Positions 35,632 through 49,815 of a stretch of 64,000 bases of DNA are shown here, in pieces. The DNA comes from Paraspadella gotoi (taxonomy: Eukaryota > Animalia > Chaetognatha). The notes beneath the pieces are model-generated. The model was not told the origin of the DNA and did no database searches. It saw only the letters and a list, made by a program, of their open reading frames with translations. Each line of letters starts with the position of its first letter. The first letter of the stretch is position 1. The position numbers and the translations under genes are program-made. The DNA is taken from contig CM119268.1 of NCBI GenBank assembly GCA_051294375.1, forward strand, positions 7,150,861-7,214,860. Direction: 5' to 3'.

Positions 35632-37037
35632 GGTGATACCTACGATTGAGAGAGAGAGAGATGAGAGAGAGAGACGAGGAAGGAAGAGAGATGAGAGGAA
35701 AGAGAGAGAGCAAGAGAGAGAGAGAGAGCGACGAGAGAGANNNNNNNNNNNNNNNNNNNNNNNNNNNNNNNNNNNNNNNNNNNNNNNNNNNNNNNNNNNN
35801 NNNNNNNNNNNNNNNNNNNNNNNNNNNNNNNNNNNNNNNNNNNNNNNNNNNNNNNNNNNNNNNNNNNNNNNNNNNNNNNNNNNNNNNNNNNNNNNNNNNN
35901 NNNNNNNNNNNNNNNNNNNNNNNNNNNNNNNNNNNNNNNNNNNNNNNNNNNNNNNNNNNNNNNNNNNNNNNNNNNNNNNNNNNNNNNNNNNNNNNNNNNN
36001 NNNNNNNNNNNNNNNNNNNNNNNNNNNNNNNNNNNNNNNNNNNNNNNNNNNNNNNNNNNNNNNNNNNNNNNNNNNNNNNNNNNNNNNNNNNNNNNNNNNN
36101 NNNNNNNNNNNNNNNNNNNNNNNNNNNNNNNNNNNNNNNNNNNNNNNNNNNNNNNNNNNNNNNNNNNNNNNNNNNNNNNNNNNNNNNNNNNNNNNNNNNN
36201 NNNNNNNNNNNNNNNNNNNNNNNNNNNNNNNNNNNNNNNNNNNNNNNNNNNNNNNNNNNNNNNNNNNNNNNNNNNNNNNNNNNNNNNNNNNNNNNNNNNN
36301 NNNNNNNNNNNNNNNNNNNNNNNNNNNNNNNNNNNNNNNNNNNNNNNNNNNNNNNNNNNNNNNNNNNNNNNNNNNNNNNNNNNNNNNNNNNNNNNNNNNN
36401 NNNNNNNNNNNNNNNNNNNNNNNNNNNNNNNNNNNNNNNNNNNNNNNAGACAGCAATGAAAGCCAAATTCACGATTCCGATGATGACAGAGGACAATGAT
36501 CATTTTTGGAAATAAAAATAAGATAAACTATTTCACCTTAAATGGCATCAACAAATGTCAAAATGGGACGCATAAGTGATTTTCGTACCATTAAATTCGT
36601 TTTTCCTTAAATAGTAGTTTGTAAGAAACTTGCGATTCACTATTGCTTGTTTTTTCTTGTCGATCAATCCCATTTTTGTCCAGTTGACATTTTTGTCTAT
36701 TATTAGTATTAGTATTATTAATATTATTATTATTATTATTAGTATTATTCTCTTTGCTCAGTCATGTGGGCGTGGCGCTTAAGCGTTTAACTTTGTCAGT
36801 CAGCTTGGCTTTTTTTATTTCTTTCTCTAAACAAGTTATATACTATATAGTTTCTGGGTGGGGCTCTAAGAGATGGTGATCAGTTTATGTCTGACTGTCT
36901 GTCTTTTAGACTGTCCGTCCGTCCGTCTGTCTCTCCCTAAGAGAGAGAGAATTCTCACTAGTTTGTTTTTGAGTCTCGCAAAACGCGACTCTGAGACCCT
37001 GAAGGAAACGATCAATCAAAGCCGGAATCAGCCCCTG

Positions 37038-37114
<77 letters not shown>

Positions 37115-37252
37115 CCTTCTTTCCCTCCCTCTTACCCTATTTTTCAAATATTTGCTGTAAGAATTCGACAAATTTGCAAAAAAGTGGAAAGTTTTAGGGA
37201 TTTTTTTTTCCTCTCGAGCTTTCAAGTAAAGTGATACAATCTCATGTTATCG

Positions 37253-37756
37253 CATTCAGTCGAATTCAGTCGAATTTGGTTACATTCAGTTTCATTTAAT
37301 CTCATCCACTCTTATTAATTTTTTTTAAGGTCTGATATAGTCTCCTTCAATTTTATCTTAGTCACATTCATTCTCATTTATTCACTTTAATTCAGTCACA
37401 TTCAGTCTCTGCAAGGCTGATGCAGTCTCACTCAGCTATATTCGGTTTTATTCAGCCACAAGACTCATGTACTCTCTTTTTTAGCTTTATTCAGTCTTAT
37501 TCAGTCTCATTCAGTTTTTGACAGTCTCATGCAGTCTCATTCTGCCCTATTCAGTCTCATTTAGTCACATTCAGTCTCATTCAGTCTCCGCAAGGCTCAT
37601 GCAGTCTCATTAAGCCTTATTCAGTCTCATTCAGTCACATTCAGTCTCTGCAAGGCTCATGCAGCCTCATTCAGTCTTATTCAGTGTCATTCAGTCACAT
37701 TCAGTCTTTTCAAGGCTCATGCAGTCACATTCAGTCCCGTTCAGTCTCATTCATTC
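37253..37756. repeat. 10-bp satellite (cattcagtct)n with periodic gcaaggctcatgcag variant
   Basis: Direct reading; the variant recurs at ~60-bp spacing (37590, 37650, 37710). Confidence 0.9.
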
Positions 37757-39017
37757 CCCACTTCCAGAATAAAGAAGGAATTTTGAATCGTAGGAGGAGA
37801 AAAGGTTTAGGATTTGGGCCGCTGACTCCGCTGCCGACACCGCCGCCGACGCCCTGGCCGGCTTTTCCGACGCCGTTGCCGACACAGTTGCCCCGGCGAC
37901 GCTTCCCTCGTCGAGTCTCAGGTGAAAACCGATGATTAATTCATGAAGAAATTTTGAGATTTCGGTCGACGGAGGGAGAAGGAGGAGGAAGAGGAGGCGG
38001 CGGCGGAAGCGGTAGTGNNNNNNNNNNNNNNNNNNNNNNNNNCCGAAGCAGACGAGGACAACAATACGTACGCGCCAATCTCATCCTCTGCTCATCTAAT
38101 CAATAATGGCCGGAGAATATGATGATGATGAGGGGAAGAGCGGGAGGAGAAGAGGAGGCATGTATAGGAGCCAAGCGTCTGGTTGCGAAGCATTGAGTTC
38201 TATGGATTATATTTATTCAATTATTTTATACAATATAATATTTATATCTTAATATAAAAATTAAATATTATAAATTTTTACATTTTTTAAATAAAAGAGG
38301 AAGAACAGAAATTGTGTTATTGATGAAAAACTAATAAAGTTATAAACAATTTGTTATTAATAAAATTATTATTTGTAATAATAAACTTTCTTTTTTTTTA
38401 AATACAAAATTAAAAAAAGCTTTAAATAAATTGAATTTTATTTGAATATATAATAAAAATAAATTTAATCTAAAACTTCATAATAAAATTATATTATAAT
38501 TTTTACTCTTTATAACTCTTTATAACTCTTTATACATTTGTTATAACTCTTTATCATTAAATCTCTAGTTGTCAAACCTCGCTAAGCTATACCCTCATGG
38601 GAGGAGTAGGACTGGCAAGGGGGAGGAAGGATATATTGAGGAAAGGGTAGAGGAAGGGACGATCCCCGCATCGATTTAAACTTTCGCCTCGACGTATGAA
38701 TATTTAGCGGGGATCGCCTTCCCCAGGGGACCAACGGGGAAATACGAAGAAAAAGTAAGGGGGAAAAAAGAAATATAAAAACAAGAAAAGAGCATCAAGC
38801 TATACACCGCCGTATGGAAAGATTGAAATAGAAAAAAAAAGAGGTGAGAAGAGAGAGAGAGACGAGAGAGAGAGAGAGAGAGAGAAGAAGAGAGAGAGAA
38901 GGAGAGAGAGAGAAGAGAGAAACGTATAGAATACGATACAAGGGAAAAAATCGAGGGAATATCGGTTTTCGTGTCTGTCACCAGCCAGAATCGCAGCCTG
39001 GGGAATCTGAATCCAAG

Positions 39018-39059
<42 letters not shown>

Positions 39060-40645
39060 AGAGAAAGGAGAGAGAGAGGGAGAGAGAGAGGCGACCTCAC
39101 CCTTTTTCCCCGAAATTCTTCATGTTTGATGCCTGGCAACTCGGAGCCGCGCTCGCGGGCGAGAGAGAGAGAGAGAGAGAGAGAGATGAGAGAAGAGAGA
39201 GAGAGAGAGAGAGAGACGAGAGAGCGTTCGGGCGAGAAAAGGGTAATTTGCCGTCGTGAGGGAAGCGCAGATAGAATGAAAAACCGTTGATGGAATGCGT
39301 GAGACCATGGCGGTGGGGCGGGAGGGGGGAAGAGGAGGTATAGGGAAACGGGGGGGAATTTAGGTATGGAATGCCGGAGAGAGGTAGGAGAGGAAGGTGG
39401 TTATAACGAACGAGAGGAAGGTGGTTACAATCACGAAAAAATAGCCAAAATGACAATATGAGAAAAACCAAACGGCACTGTACAAGAACAAGACCACTAA
39501 AATTAATGCAAGAAATCAGTAATTGAATTTTGTAAAATTAGTAATAATCAATTGAGGGTGAAAAGGCAAAACAATATATGATGTATGATATCCAGAGCGA
39601 AATAATATAGTCTACCAGAAGGCCAGTAAATGAATAAAGCTGGAACAGGGGGAAAGAAAGCAAGAGAAAGGGAGAACGAAAAAATCGACTTTGTCAGAAA
39701 CGGGAAAGAAAGAAACAAGGAACGGTTATTCTAGAGGGTTGCGCCGCATTATTTTCTTTTTACTAATCAATAATCCTTAAATAGTTTATAGATTTTATTT
39801 GGTAGATCATGAATGTTAGGTTAACCTTTCTTTTTTATTTGTACTTTGATAAGTGCAAATCAAAGTGTTTTAATGATTTTTACAAACGAATAATAATAAT
39901 AACAGAATCTTGTTGTAAAAAAATATTATAACTTTGGTTTTTTCTACTAAAGATTTCTTAAAAACAAAAGGCGGCGCCAGTAGTCGTTTAGATTTGATTT
40001 TGTAACAAATGAGCAACAAACTATAAGAAAGCTTCTAAGCGTTTTTTAAAGTAAGTGGACAGACCGACGAGCAAACATGACTGGACGGACGACGCGACCG
40101 AATAGTGGACTTATAGAGTTGCTCCGCGAGTACTCGCGGCGCAACTAAAAAGTGACTCCAGGTTCTCACGGCGCCTCGAGTAAAGCGGAATGCAGAACGA
40201 GAATGTGAACCTGAAGGTCGAGGGTGAAATGTGAAGCGTCGAAGTGGGTCAGCGTCGTAAATGTGAAAAAATTCGGTTGAAAACGAGAGAAAGTGAGGAA
40301 AAGATGTTTAAAACCTCAGAGGAGCGTCCAAGGTTGAACGGCGGCGAATGTAAGCGAAAATCGTCAGCGAAGAAAACGGGAGTTGAAAATGATTTTTTTT
40401 TTTTGTGAGAAAGAATGAAAAAAAGTGGGAAAATGTCGAAAGACTTTGTTGTCGCAGCTGAGGTTAAATGAAATATGATGAGGGAGAGTGTAATGACGTT
40501 TGGCATGATACATATATACACCTTTGTAGCAGGTACTAAGTACAGTAATACAGTATTCGTCTGGCGCAAATGAGTTTGCGTAAACCAAAGAGAAGGAGGG
40601 GGAAAGAGGGAGGGAGAGGAGAGAGAGGAGAGAGAGAAAGAGAAG

Positions 40646-40680
<35 letters not shown>

Positions 40681-42052
40681 TACAGAGACAAGACAGATAC
40701 AGAGACAAAGAGAAAAAAAAAAAGGAAAGATGGAAAAGGTGGGAAGGCGTGAAAAACCGGATCAACGAGTTTCCATTGTGAGGTGTTTTGGAATCCGGTT
40801 CACCGATCGAAGGCAGCGAGGGAGATGGTCCGATTCGGTGAGCTATCTGGATGATCTCGTGGTTCGCTTGCACACTGAGTCCACAGTTGTATTGATATGT
40901 CGTCGATGTTTGGTATTCGTAGATATCTGGTTTATTTTTTATAAATTTCTTTATTTCTACCGACCCGGTGTGATGCATTTAACAAAAATGCCCTTGATTA
41001 ATTTATTAGTAACGAAGGATCAAACATGAGTCAGTTAGGCGTTGCTGGAAAATTTAAAATAAAAATATGTCAAAGTCTATATATGACACACAAATTAATT
41101 TAAAAATGGTCAGAATGCGTCGCGACTTGAATAGAAATATGAATTAGGGAAAAAAACACTTGATTAATAAAAATAATGCAAAAAAAAATTAGAGCTAAAC
41201 AAAAAAACAACTTCAAACTCTATAACCATGGAACAGGCGACGCCAGTGACTAGAGTCCCTGAGCAGCCAAGCTTTTTGGTGATCCTTCTTTCTCTCTCTC
41301 TCTCTCTCTCTATCCTCCTCTCGTCTCTCTCTCTAATCTCTCTCTTCTCTCTCTCTCTCTCTCTCTCACTGCCTGTCTGTGCGCCAGAGACGTCATTAAG
41401 TGGAGTCAGCGTCCAGGTCGAGGCGTCAGATCCATCCTCATCAGACGCCGGTTAATTGCCGGCGGGCCGGCGTCGCGCCGGTTTATTTGGCGACGCGCGC
41501 GTTGGTCGCTAAAAATCACGGCGTCCGCTGCGGCGCCAACGACGTTTCGCGCCAAGCGACGTGCCAGGAACTGTTGACGCTGCGTCCATTTGCTCGTCAT
41601 TTTTTGCGTTACATTGAATCATTTGTTTTTCTTCTTGTTCATATTGTATTCATGTACTTTATATTATAGTTATGGAAAAAGCGTACTCTTGTTAACTGTC
41701 TACCAAAAATCGTACTTTCGGCATTGCGAACTGGAAATGAGACGGACAGGACCGAGAGACCGTCTATCAAATCGACTTACAGATGTTGATGCCTGTTTTG
41801 ATTCTTCAGCGACAAGGGAATCCGATTTTTTTTTTCATTCGCCAGATAGAAAAAAAAAATTTATGGTGAACGTAGATGTCCTTTGTTTGCGTAGAGACGA
41901 AAAACGAGGAGGCGGGGGACAAAGATCAAGGCTGTAGAAAAGAGGAGAACTAAAACGTAGACGAAGTCTGAGAATTATGAGGGGAAAGGAAGAGAGGGAG
42001 AGAGGGAAGGGAGAGAGGCAGGGAGAGAGAGAGAGAGAGAGAGATGAGAGAG

Positions 42053-42103
<51 letters not shown>

Positions 42104-43616
42104 GATTGGAAAAAGGGAGACATAAAGGGGGGATAAAAGGATAAGAGAGAGCGAGAGAGAGAGAGAGAGAGAGAGAGAAGAGAGAGCAGAGAGAAGATGA
42201 GAATGAGAGTATGTTAGAGAGAGAGAGGATAGACGATTCGGGCCAATAGGCAAGCTCCGCTTAATCCGACTCCAATTTATCATTTAATCCGTCGGCGTGG
42301 CGACGGGGCGAAAAAAAGGCAAGAGCGTCGATGTCGCACCGGGTTGACATGCCGTCAAGGTCCGCAATCACCTGGCGCCATGGCGCCATGGCGCCATCGC
42401 CACGGAAGTACAAAAAATGGAACAACGTTTCTCCCTTTTTTGAAGGGCGAGTGGCCCCGGGTTTGGTGGCCTTCGTCTGATTAGTAGGAAAACGGGGGAG
42501 AGAAAAAGATGGCCGTTTTGGTGATGCGGAAGAAGAAGTCGCTCTCTAATTGGTTGAGAGGAAAAAATTGAAAACAAATGGTTCTGATTGGTTGGAAAAA
42601 GGAATAGAAACTAATGGATCTTATGTCCGAGAATAAAAGCTTAAAATGAATTACTGATTGTTGAGATAGGTAAAATTTAAAAAAAAATAGTGGATCGAAT
42701 TGTGCTAGGGGGTGATGAATGATGATGATGATGATGGATATTTAATGGAATTGGCCGAAGGAAAGCGAAAGGAAAGATTTCTAGTCCTTAATCCTTAAAA
42801 CAAAGTTTGAAGAAAAATTACGCTACTTCAAGTTTGCTAAACCGTACGTATAGACCAGGGGCTAGATATACAAAAAAAAACATTAACAACGAATTTAATT
42901 TTGACAAATGTTGTAATAGTTATGTTTGTAGATGGTACTTGTATAGATGTTCCCTCTATTTCCAGAACACAACACTAACAACCCTTTCCCATTAATAATA
43001 TAATATTTCAGATTTAGATTATCAAAAACCAAAATTAATATAAAATAATATAATAATAAAAATAAAAATATAGAATTATAATATATATTTTTAATGAAAA
43101 TTATAAATCTAATACTTAAAATAAACAACAAATATAAAAATTATCCATTCATTTAATAACAAGCTATTTTGCCCCTGACTTTGGGCAGGCTTTGGTGGTT
43201 TAAGGCCTCCATCATCTGACAAGATAATGACATAGCAGGTCCCTGCAAGCTTTTAATCAAGACTCTCTCACAGTCTCGTTTATTCACTTCCCAGAGTACC
43301 TGGCTTCCCTATCAATGAAGTGGTACATATGCTTCAAAAATGTTTCCAAATGTATATATTGTATTTATATTCTTTCTTTACTTTTCACGACTCCAAAACA
43401 ATTTTTTTTTTTATCTGAGTCTCTTTTATGTTTTCTTTGTCTCCGGCTTCATTCCTTTCTCATCAGTCGCCTTACCTCGGTAGGACTTCTCCGCGCGGGC
43501 GGTACACATCCCTCAACTTTCTGGAGCGAACTCATTCGTCTCCTGCTTGCCAATCCGAGACTCTGGGCTGAGATAGATCATAATAGATAAAGGGACTCTG
43601 TCTCTCTCTCTCTCTT

Positions 43617-43667
<51 letters not shown>

Positions 43668-44190
43668 TCTCTCTCTCTCTCCCTGCGATGGAATGAGGAC
43701 AGGGAACTGATTTGGAAGAAAAAGTACTGTATTTAGAAACTCTCTCTCTCCTCTCTCTCTCTCTTATCCCTCTCCTCTCTCTCCTCTCTCTATAGTGATA
43801 GAATGAGGACGGGCAACTGATTTGGAAGAAAAAGTTACTTGTAATTAGAAACTCTCTCTCACACCACTCTCTCTCTCTCTCTCCTCCTCTCTCTAAATGA
43901 TTGTAAAATTTTCTGTTTGGGTCTCTCTTCGAGGGAAAATTCAATCAGAGAGAGATCAAGATGAGAGAAACAGAGAGAAGGTTTGATCCTTGACGAGAAA
44001 CAAAACAACTTGAACTCTCTTTCTTATACCACAAAACCAAAAAAGGGTTCGCCACTCAACCACAAAACCCACGTCATATCACCGCCTTTTACCACAAGTC
44101 CTTTTTATTTTTCGCGACGGAGAAAAATCTAGGGATTTGATGATGAAGGAAAGGAGAATTTCGGAGTAATCCGGGTGCCGGAGAGAGAGA

Positions 44191-44244
<54 letters not shown>

Positions 44245-44398
44245 GGAGAGAGAGAGGGAGGAGAGAGAAGAGAGAAATCGTCGAGCTATCATCGTCGAAA
44301 GTCGAAAGGCTTCCCGTTGAAAAGTGGGACGAAGAAAATTGGAGGAGAGAAGAGAGAAAGAAGGAAAGAAAGAATTAAGAGTGAAGGTTTAAAAGGAA

Positions 44399-44438
<40 letters not shown>

Positions 44439-44746
44439 AGAGAGAGAAGAGAAAAGAGAGAGAGACAGCAATGAAAGCCAAATTCACGATTCCGATGATG
44501 ACAGAGGACAATGATCATTTTTGGAAATAAATAATAAGATAACATATTTCACCTTAAATGGCATAACAAATGTCAAAATGGGACGGCAATAAGTGATTTT
44601 CGTACCATAAATCGTTTTTCCTTAAATAGTAGTTGTCAAGAAACTTGCGATTTCACTATTGCTTGTTTTTTTCTTGTCGATCATCCCATTTTTGTCCAGT
44701 TGACATTTTTGTCTATATTAGTATTAGTATTATTAAATATTATTAT

Positions 44747-45204
44747 AATATATGTATCTGTGTTGGGGCCGCGCGTTCCCCTTCGCGTTTTGGATCGAAA
44801 ATGAAGCATCTTCCCTGCGGTCCTGGATTGGCGGGCCTGGACCAATCACCATCGAGAATTGGAGAAGATAATTTTACCTTTTTTCCGCGGTTTCGCGCGC
44901 AGCCATTGAGGAAACGCGTTGGTCGTAGTATATTTTGTGATGCATTTGATCTTGTAAAACGGACGGCCAACCCGTTTTCAACCCAGTCGAGGTTATTATT
45001 ATTGCGACGCACGATATTCTTAATTTGTTTTTTAACTTGTTTTTACCCTGTTTTAACTATTTTTTTTTAAATTGTTTTATTTGATTTTAAACGTTTATTC
45101 GTGCCTTTTTACGTTGATACTAATACATGTTTCTTTCTAACCTCACTAACCTTCGAATTCGTGGCCGGAGCAATTTAGGTTATTCTGAGTACAAGATCAA
45201 AACA
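44747..45204. mobile_element. ~460-bp insertion in a (TAT)n tract, no TIR; absent from copy 1
   Basis: Copy 1 reads atattattattattattattagtattattc at 36721; copies 2-4 carry extra sequence atatgtatctgtgttggggcc...gtacaagatcaaaaca. Repeated at ~53882-54339 and from ~63603. Confidence 0.65.
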
Positions 45205-45503
45205 ATTATTATTAGTATTATTCTCTTTGCTCAGTCATGTGGATGAGCTTAAGCGTTTAACTTGTCAGTCAGCTTGGCTTTTTTTATTTCTTTCTTAAAC
45301 AAGTTATATACTATATAGTTTTCTGGTGGGGCTCTAAGAGATGGTGATCAGTTTATGTCTGACTGTCTGTCTTTAGACTGTCCGTCCTCCGTCTGTCTCT
45401 CCTAAGAGAAGAGAATTCTCACTAGTTTGTTTTGAGTCCTCGCAAAACGAGATTGAGAATAAGGAAAACGATCAATCAATAGCCGGAATCAGCCCCTGTC
45501 TCC

Positions 45504-45534
<31 letters not shown>

Positions 45535-46424
45535 TTCTTTCTCTCTCTCTTCTCTCCGTCCTTCTTTCCCTCCCTCTTACCCTATTTTTCAAATATTTTG
45601 CTGTAAGAATTCGACAAATTTTGCAAAAAAGTGGAAAGTTTTAGGAATTTTTTTTTCCTCTCGAGCTTCTAAGTAAAGTGATACCAATCTCATGTTATCG
45701 CATTCAGTCGAATTCAGTCGAATTTGGTTACATTCAGTTTCATTTAATCTCATCCACTCTATAATTTTTTTAAGGTCTTGATATAGTCTCCTTCAATTTT
45801 ATCTTAGTCACATTCATTCTCATTTATTCACTTTAATTCAGTACATTCAGTCTCTGCAAGCTGATGCAGTCTCACTCAGCTATATTCGGTTTTATTCCAG
45901 CCACAAGACTCATGTACTCTTTTTTAGCTTTATTCAGTCTTATTCAGTCTCATTCAGTTTTTGACAGTCTCATGAGTCTCATTCTGCCCTATTCAGTCTC
46001 ATTTAGTCAATTCAGTCTCATCAGTCTCCGCAAGGCTCATGCAGTCTCATTAAGCCTTATTCAGTCTCATTCAGTCACATCAGTCTCTGCAAGGCTCATG
46101 CAGGCTCATTCAGTCTTATTCAGTGTCATTCAGTCACATCAGTCTTTTCAAGGCTCATGCAGTCACATTCAGTCCCGTTCAGGTCTCATTCATTCCACAC
46201 TTCCAGAATAAAGAAGAATTTTGAATCGTAGAGGAGAAAGGTTTAGGATTTGGGCCGCTGACTTCCGCTGCCGACACCGCGCGACGCCCTGGCGGCTTTC
46301 CGACGCCGTTTGCCGACACATTGCCCCGGCGACGCTTCCCTCGTCGAGTCTCAGGTGAAAACCGATGATTAATTCATGAGAAATTTTGAGATTTCGGTCG
46401 ACGGAGGAGAAGGAGGAGGAAGAG

Positions 46425-46900
46425 GAGGCGGCGGCGGAAGCGGTAGTGAAAGCGGTGGTGGAGTCGGTAGTGGAAGCGGTGGTGGAAGCGGTGGCGGAAG
46501 CAGGTAGTGGAGCGGTGGTGGAGTCGGTAGTGGAAGCGGTGGGTGGAAGCGGTGGCGGAAGCGGTAGTGGAAGCGTGGAGGAAGCAGTGGTGGAGGCAGA
46601 GGGAAGAGGCGGTGGTAAAAAGGGTTTTGGAGGAGGCAGTGGGGGAGTCGTGGTGGGACGCTGGCCAGTGGTTGAGGCGGTGGTAAAGTCAAAGGCAATA
46701 GTGGTCAGAAGGTGGTTGTATTTGTGGGTAATGCAAGGCTGTGTTGGTAAGAAAGCAGTGGTACATTTATGGGTAGACGGCGGAGGCAATATAGAAGTGG
46801 TGGAGCGGATGCGGAGGCGGATGAGGAGGCGGAGAGGAGGCGGTACGGTGGTGGAGGCGGAGGCCGGCGGCGGAGGCGGAAGCGGAGCGTGGCGGATGCG
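46425..46900. repeat. G-rich degenerate tandem repeat (ggtagtggaagcggtggtggagtc-like)
   Basis: 12/24-bp periodic GGT/GGC-rich units; open in several frames on both strands. Confidence 0.7.
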
Positions 46901-47177
46901 GAGCCTGGTGAGATATGAAAAGTGGAAGAGGGAAAAGGAGGAGGAAGAGGAAGAAGAGGAAGAGAAAATAGGAACGGGGCGTCCATGTATGAAGGAGGAG
47001 TTGACAAGGCGACCATACATAGGACCTTAGAGGCCAGTTTGTTACGCCTCTCTGTCTCACGTTGCTCAATCATATCCTCTCTCTCTCTTTGTCTCTCTCT
47101 CTCTGTCTCTCACTCTCTCTTTCTCTCTTTTCACCTCTCTCTCTCTCTCTCTNNNNNNNNNNNNNNNNNNNNNNNNN

Positions 47178-48152
47178 CCGAAGCAGACGAGGACAACAAT
47201 ACGTACGCGCCAATCTCATCCTCTGCTCATCTAATCAATAATGGCCGGAGAATATGATGATGATGAGGGGAAGAGCGGGAGGAGAAGAGGAGGCATGTAT
47301 AGGAGCCAAGCGTCTGGTTGCGAAGCATTGAGTTCTATGGATTATATTTATTCAATTATTTTATACAATATAATATTTATATCTTAATATAAAAATTAAA
47401 TATTATAAATTTTTACATTTTTTAAATAAAAGAGGAAGAACAGAAATTGTGTTATTGATGAAAAACTAATAAAGTTATAAACAATTTGTTATTAATAAAA
47501 TTATTATTTGTAATAATAAACTTTCTTTTTTTTTAAATACAAAATTAAAAAAAGCTTTAAATAAATTGAATTTTATTTGAATATATAATAAAAATAAATT
47601 TAATCTAAAACTTCATAATAAAATTATATTATAATTTTTACTCTTTATAACTCTTTATAACTCTTTATACATTTGTTATAACTCTTTATCATTAAATCTC
47701 TAGTTGTCAAACCTCGCTAAGCTATACCCTCATGGGAGGAGTAGGACTGGCAAGGGGGAGGAAGGATATATTGAGGAAAGGGTAGAGGAAGGGACGATCC
47801 CCGCATCGATTTAAACTTTCGCCTCGACGTATGAATATTTAGCGGGGATCGCCTTCCCCAGGGGACCAACGGGGAAATACGAAGAAAAAGTAAGGGGGAA
47901 AAAAGAAATATAAAAACAAGAAAAGAGCATCAAGCTATACACCGCCGTATGGAAAGATTGAAATAGAAAAAAAAAGAGGTGAGAAGAGAGAGAGAGACGA
48001 GAGAGAGAGAGAGAGAGAGAAGAAGAGAGAGAGAAGGAGAGAGAGAGAAGAGAGAAACGTATAGAATACGATACAAGGGAAAAAATCGAGGGAATATCGG
48101 TTTTCGTGTCTGTCACCAGCCAGAATCGCAGCCTGGGGAATCTGAATCCAAG

Positions 48153-48194
<42 letters not shown>

Positions 48195-49780
48195 AGAGAA
48201 AGGAGAGAGAGAGGGAGAGAGAGAGGCGACCTCACCCTTTTTCCCCGAAATTCTTCATGTTTGATGCCTGGCAACTCGGAGCCGCGCTCGCGGGCGAGAG
48301 AGAGAGAGAGAGAGAGAGAGATGAGAGAAGAGAGAGAGAGAGAGAGAGAGACGAGAGAGCGTTCGGGCGAGAAAAGGGTAATTTGCCGTCGTGAGGGAAG
48401 CGCAGATAGAATGAAAAACCGTTGATGGAATGCGTGAGACCATGGCGGTGGGGCGGGAGGGGGGAAGAGGAGGTATAGGGAAACGGGGGGGAATTTAGGT
48501 ATGGAATGCCGGAGAGAGGTAGGAGAGGAAGGTGGTTATAACGAACGAGAGGAAGGTGGTTACAATCACGAAAAAATAGCCAAAATGACAATATGAGAAA
48601 AACCAAACGGCACTGTACAAGAACAAGACCACTAAAATTAATGCAAGAAATCAGTAATTGAATTTTGTAAAATTAGTAATAATCAATTGAGGGTGAAAAG
48701 GCAAAACAATATATGATGTATGATATCCAGAGCGAAATAATATAGTCTACCAGAAGGCCAGTAAATGAATAAAGCTGGAACAGGGGGAAAGAAAGCAAGA
48801 GAAAGGGAGAACGAAAAAATCGACTTTGTCAGAAACGGGAAAGAAAGAAACAAGGAACGGTTATTCTAGAGGGTTGCGCCGCATTATTTTCTTTTTACTA
48901 ATCAATAATCCTTAAATAGTTTATAGATTTTATTTGGTAGATCATGAATGTTAGGTTAACCTTTCTTTTTTATTTGTACTTTGATAAGTGCAAATCAAAG
49001 TGTTTTAATGATTTTTACAAACGAATAATAATAATAACAGAATCTTGTTGTAAAAAAATATTATAACTTTGGTTTTTTCTACTAAAGATTTCTTAAAAAC
49101 AAAAGGCGGCGCCAGTAGTCGTTTAGATTTGATTTTGTAACAAATGAGCAACAAACTATAAGAAAGCTTCTAAGCGTTTTTTAAAGTAAGTGGACAGACC
49201 GACGAGCAAACATGACTGGACGGACGACGCGACCGAATAGTGGACTTATAGAGTTGCTCCGCGAGTACTCGCGGCGCAACTAAAAAGTGACTCCAGGTTC
49301 TCACGGCGCCTCGAGTAAAGCGGAATGCAGAACGAGAATGTGAACCTGAAGGTCGAGGGTGAAATGTGAAGCGTCGAAGTGGGTCAGCGTCGTAAATGTG
49401 AAAAAATTCGGTTGAAAACGAGAGAAAGTGAGGAAAAGATGTTTAAAACCTCAGAGGAGCGTCCAAGGTTGAACGGCGGCGAATGTAAGCGAAAATCGTC
49501 AGCGAAGAAAACGGGAGTTGAAAATGATTTTTTTTTTTTGTGAGAAAGAATGAAAAAAAGTGGGAAAATGTCGAAAGACTTTGTTGTCGCAGCTGAGGTT
49601 AAATGAAATATGATGAGGGAGAGTGTAATGACGTTTGGCATGATACATATATACACCTTTGTAGCAGGTACTAAGTACAGTAATACAGTATTCGTCTGGC
49701 GCAAATGAGTTTGCGTAAACCAAAGAGAAGGAGGGGGAAAGAGGGAGGGAGAGGAGAGAGAGGAGAGAGAGAAAGAGAAG

Positions 49781-49815
<35 letters not shown>

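Larger units (their letters stand above)
30029..38017 (+). repeat. Duplicated block 2, copy 1 (cleaner contig version, haplotype 1)
   Basis: Collinear with 38043-46448; contains N gap 35741-36447; ends at 25-N gap 38018-38042. Confidence 0.95.
38043..47152 (+). repeat. Duplicated block 2, copy 2 (indel-rich, haplotype 2)
   Basis: Begins ccgaagcagacgaggacaac after 25 N; ORF track repeats at offset 9135. Confidence 0.97.

Noticed and set aside
35386-36515. Long ORFs through N runs (also at 5.9, 6.5, 7.2 and 9.1 kb)
   Set aside because: Assembly gaps translated as X.
46190-47030. Mucin-like T/S/A/P ORF (minus) and E/A/V/G ORF (plus)
   Set aside because: G-rich tandem repeat open in many frames, in indel-prone sequence; the frames differ between copies, so the coding strand cannot be supported.
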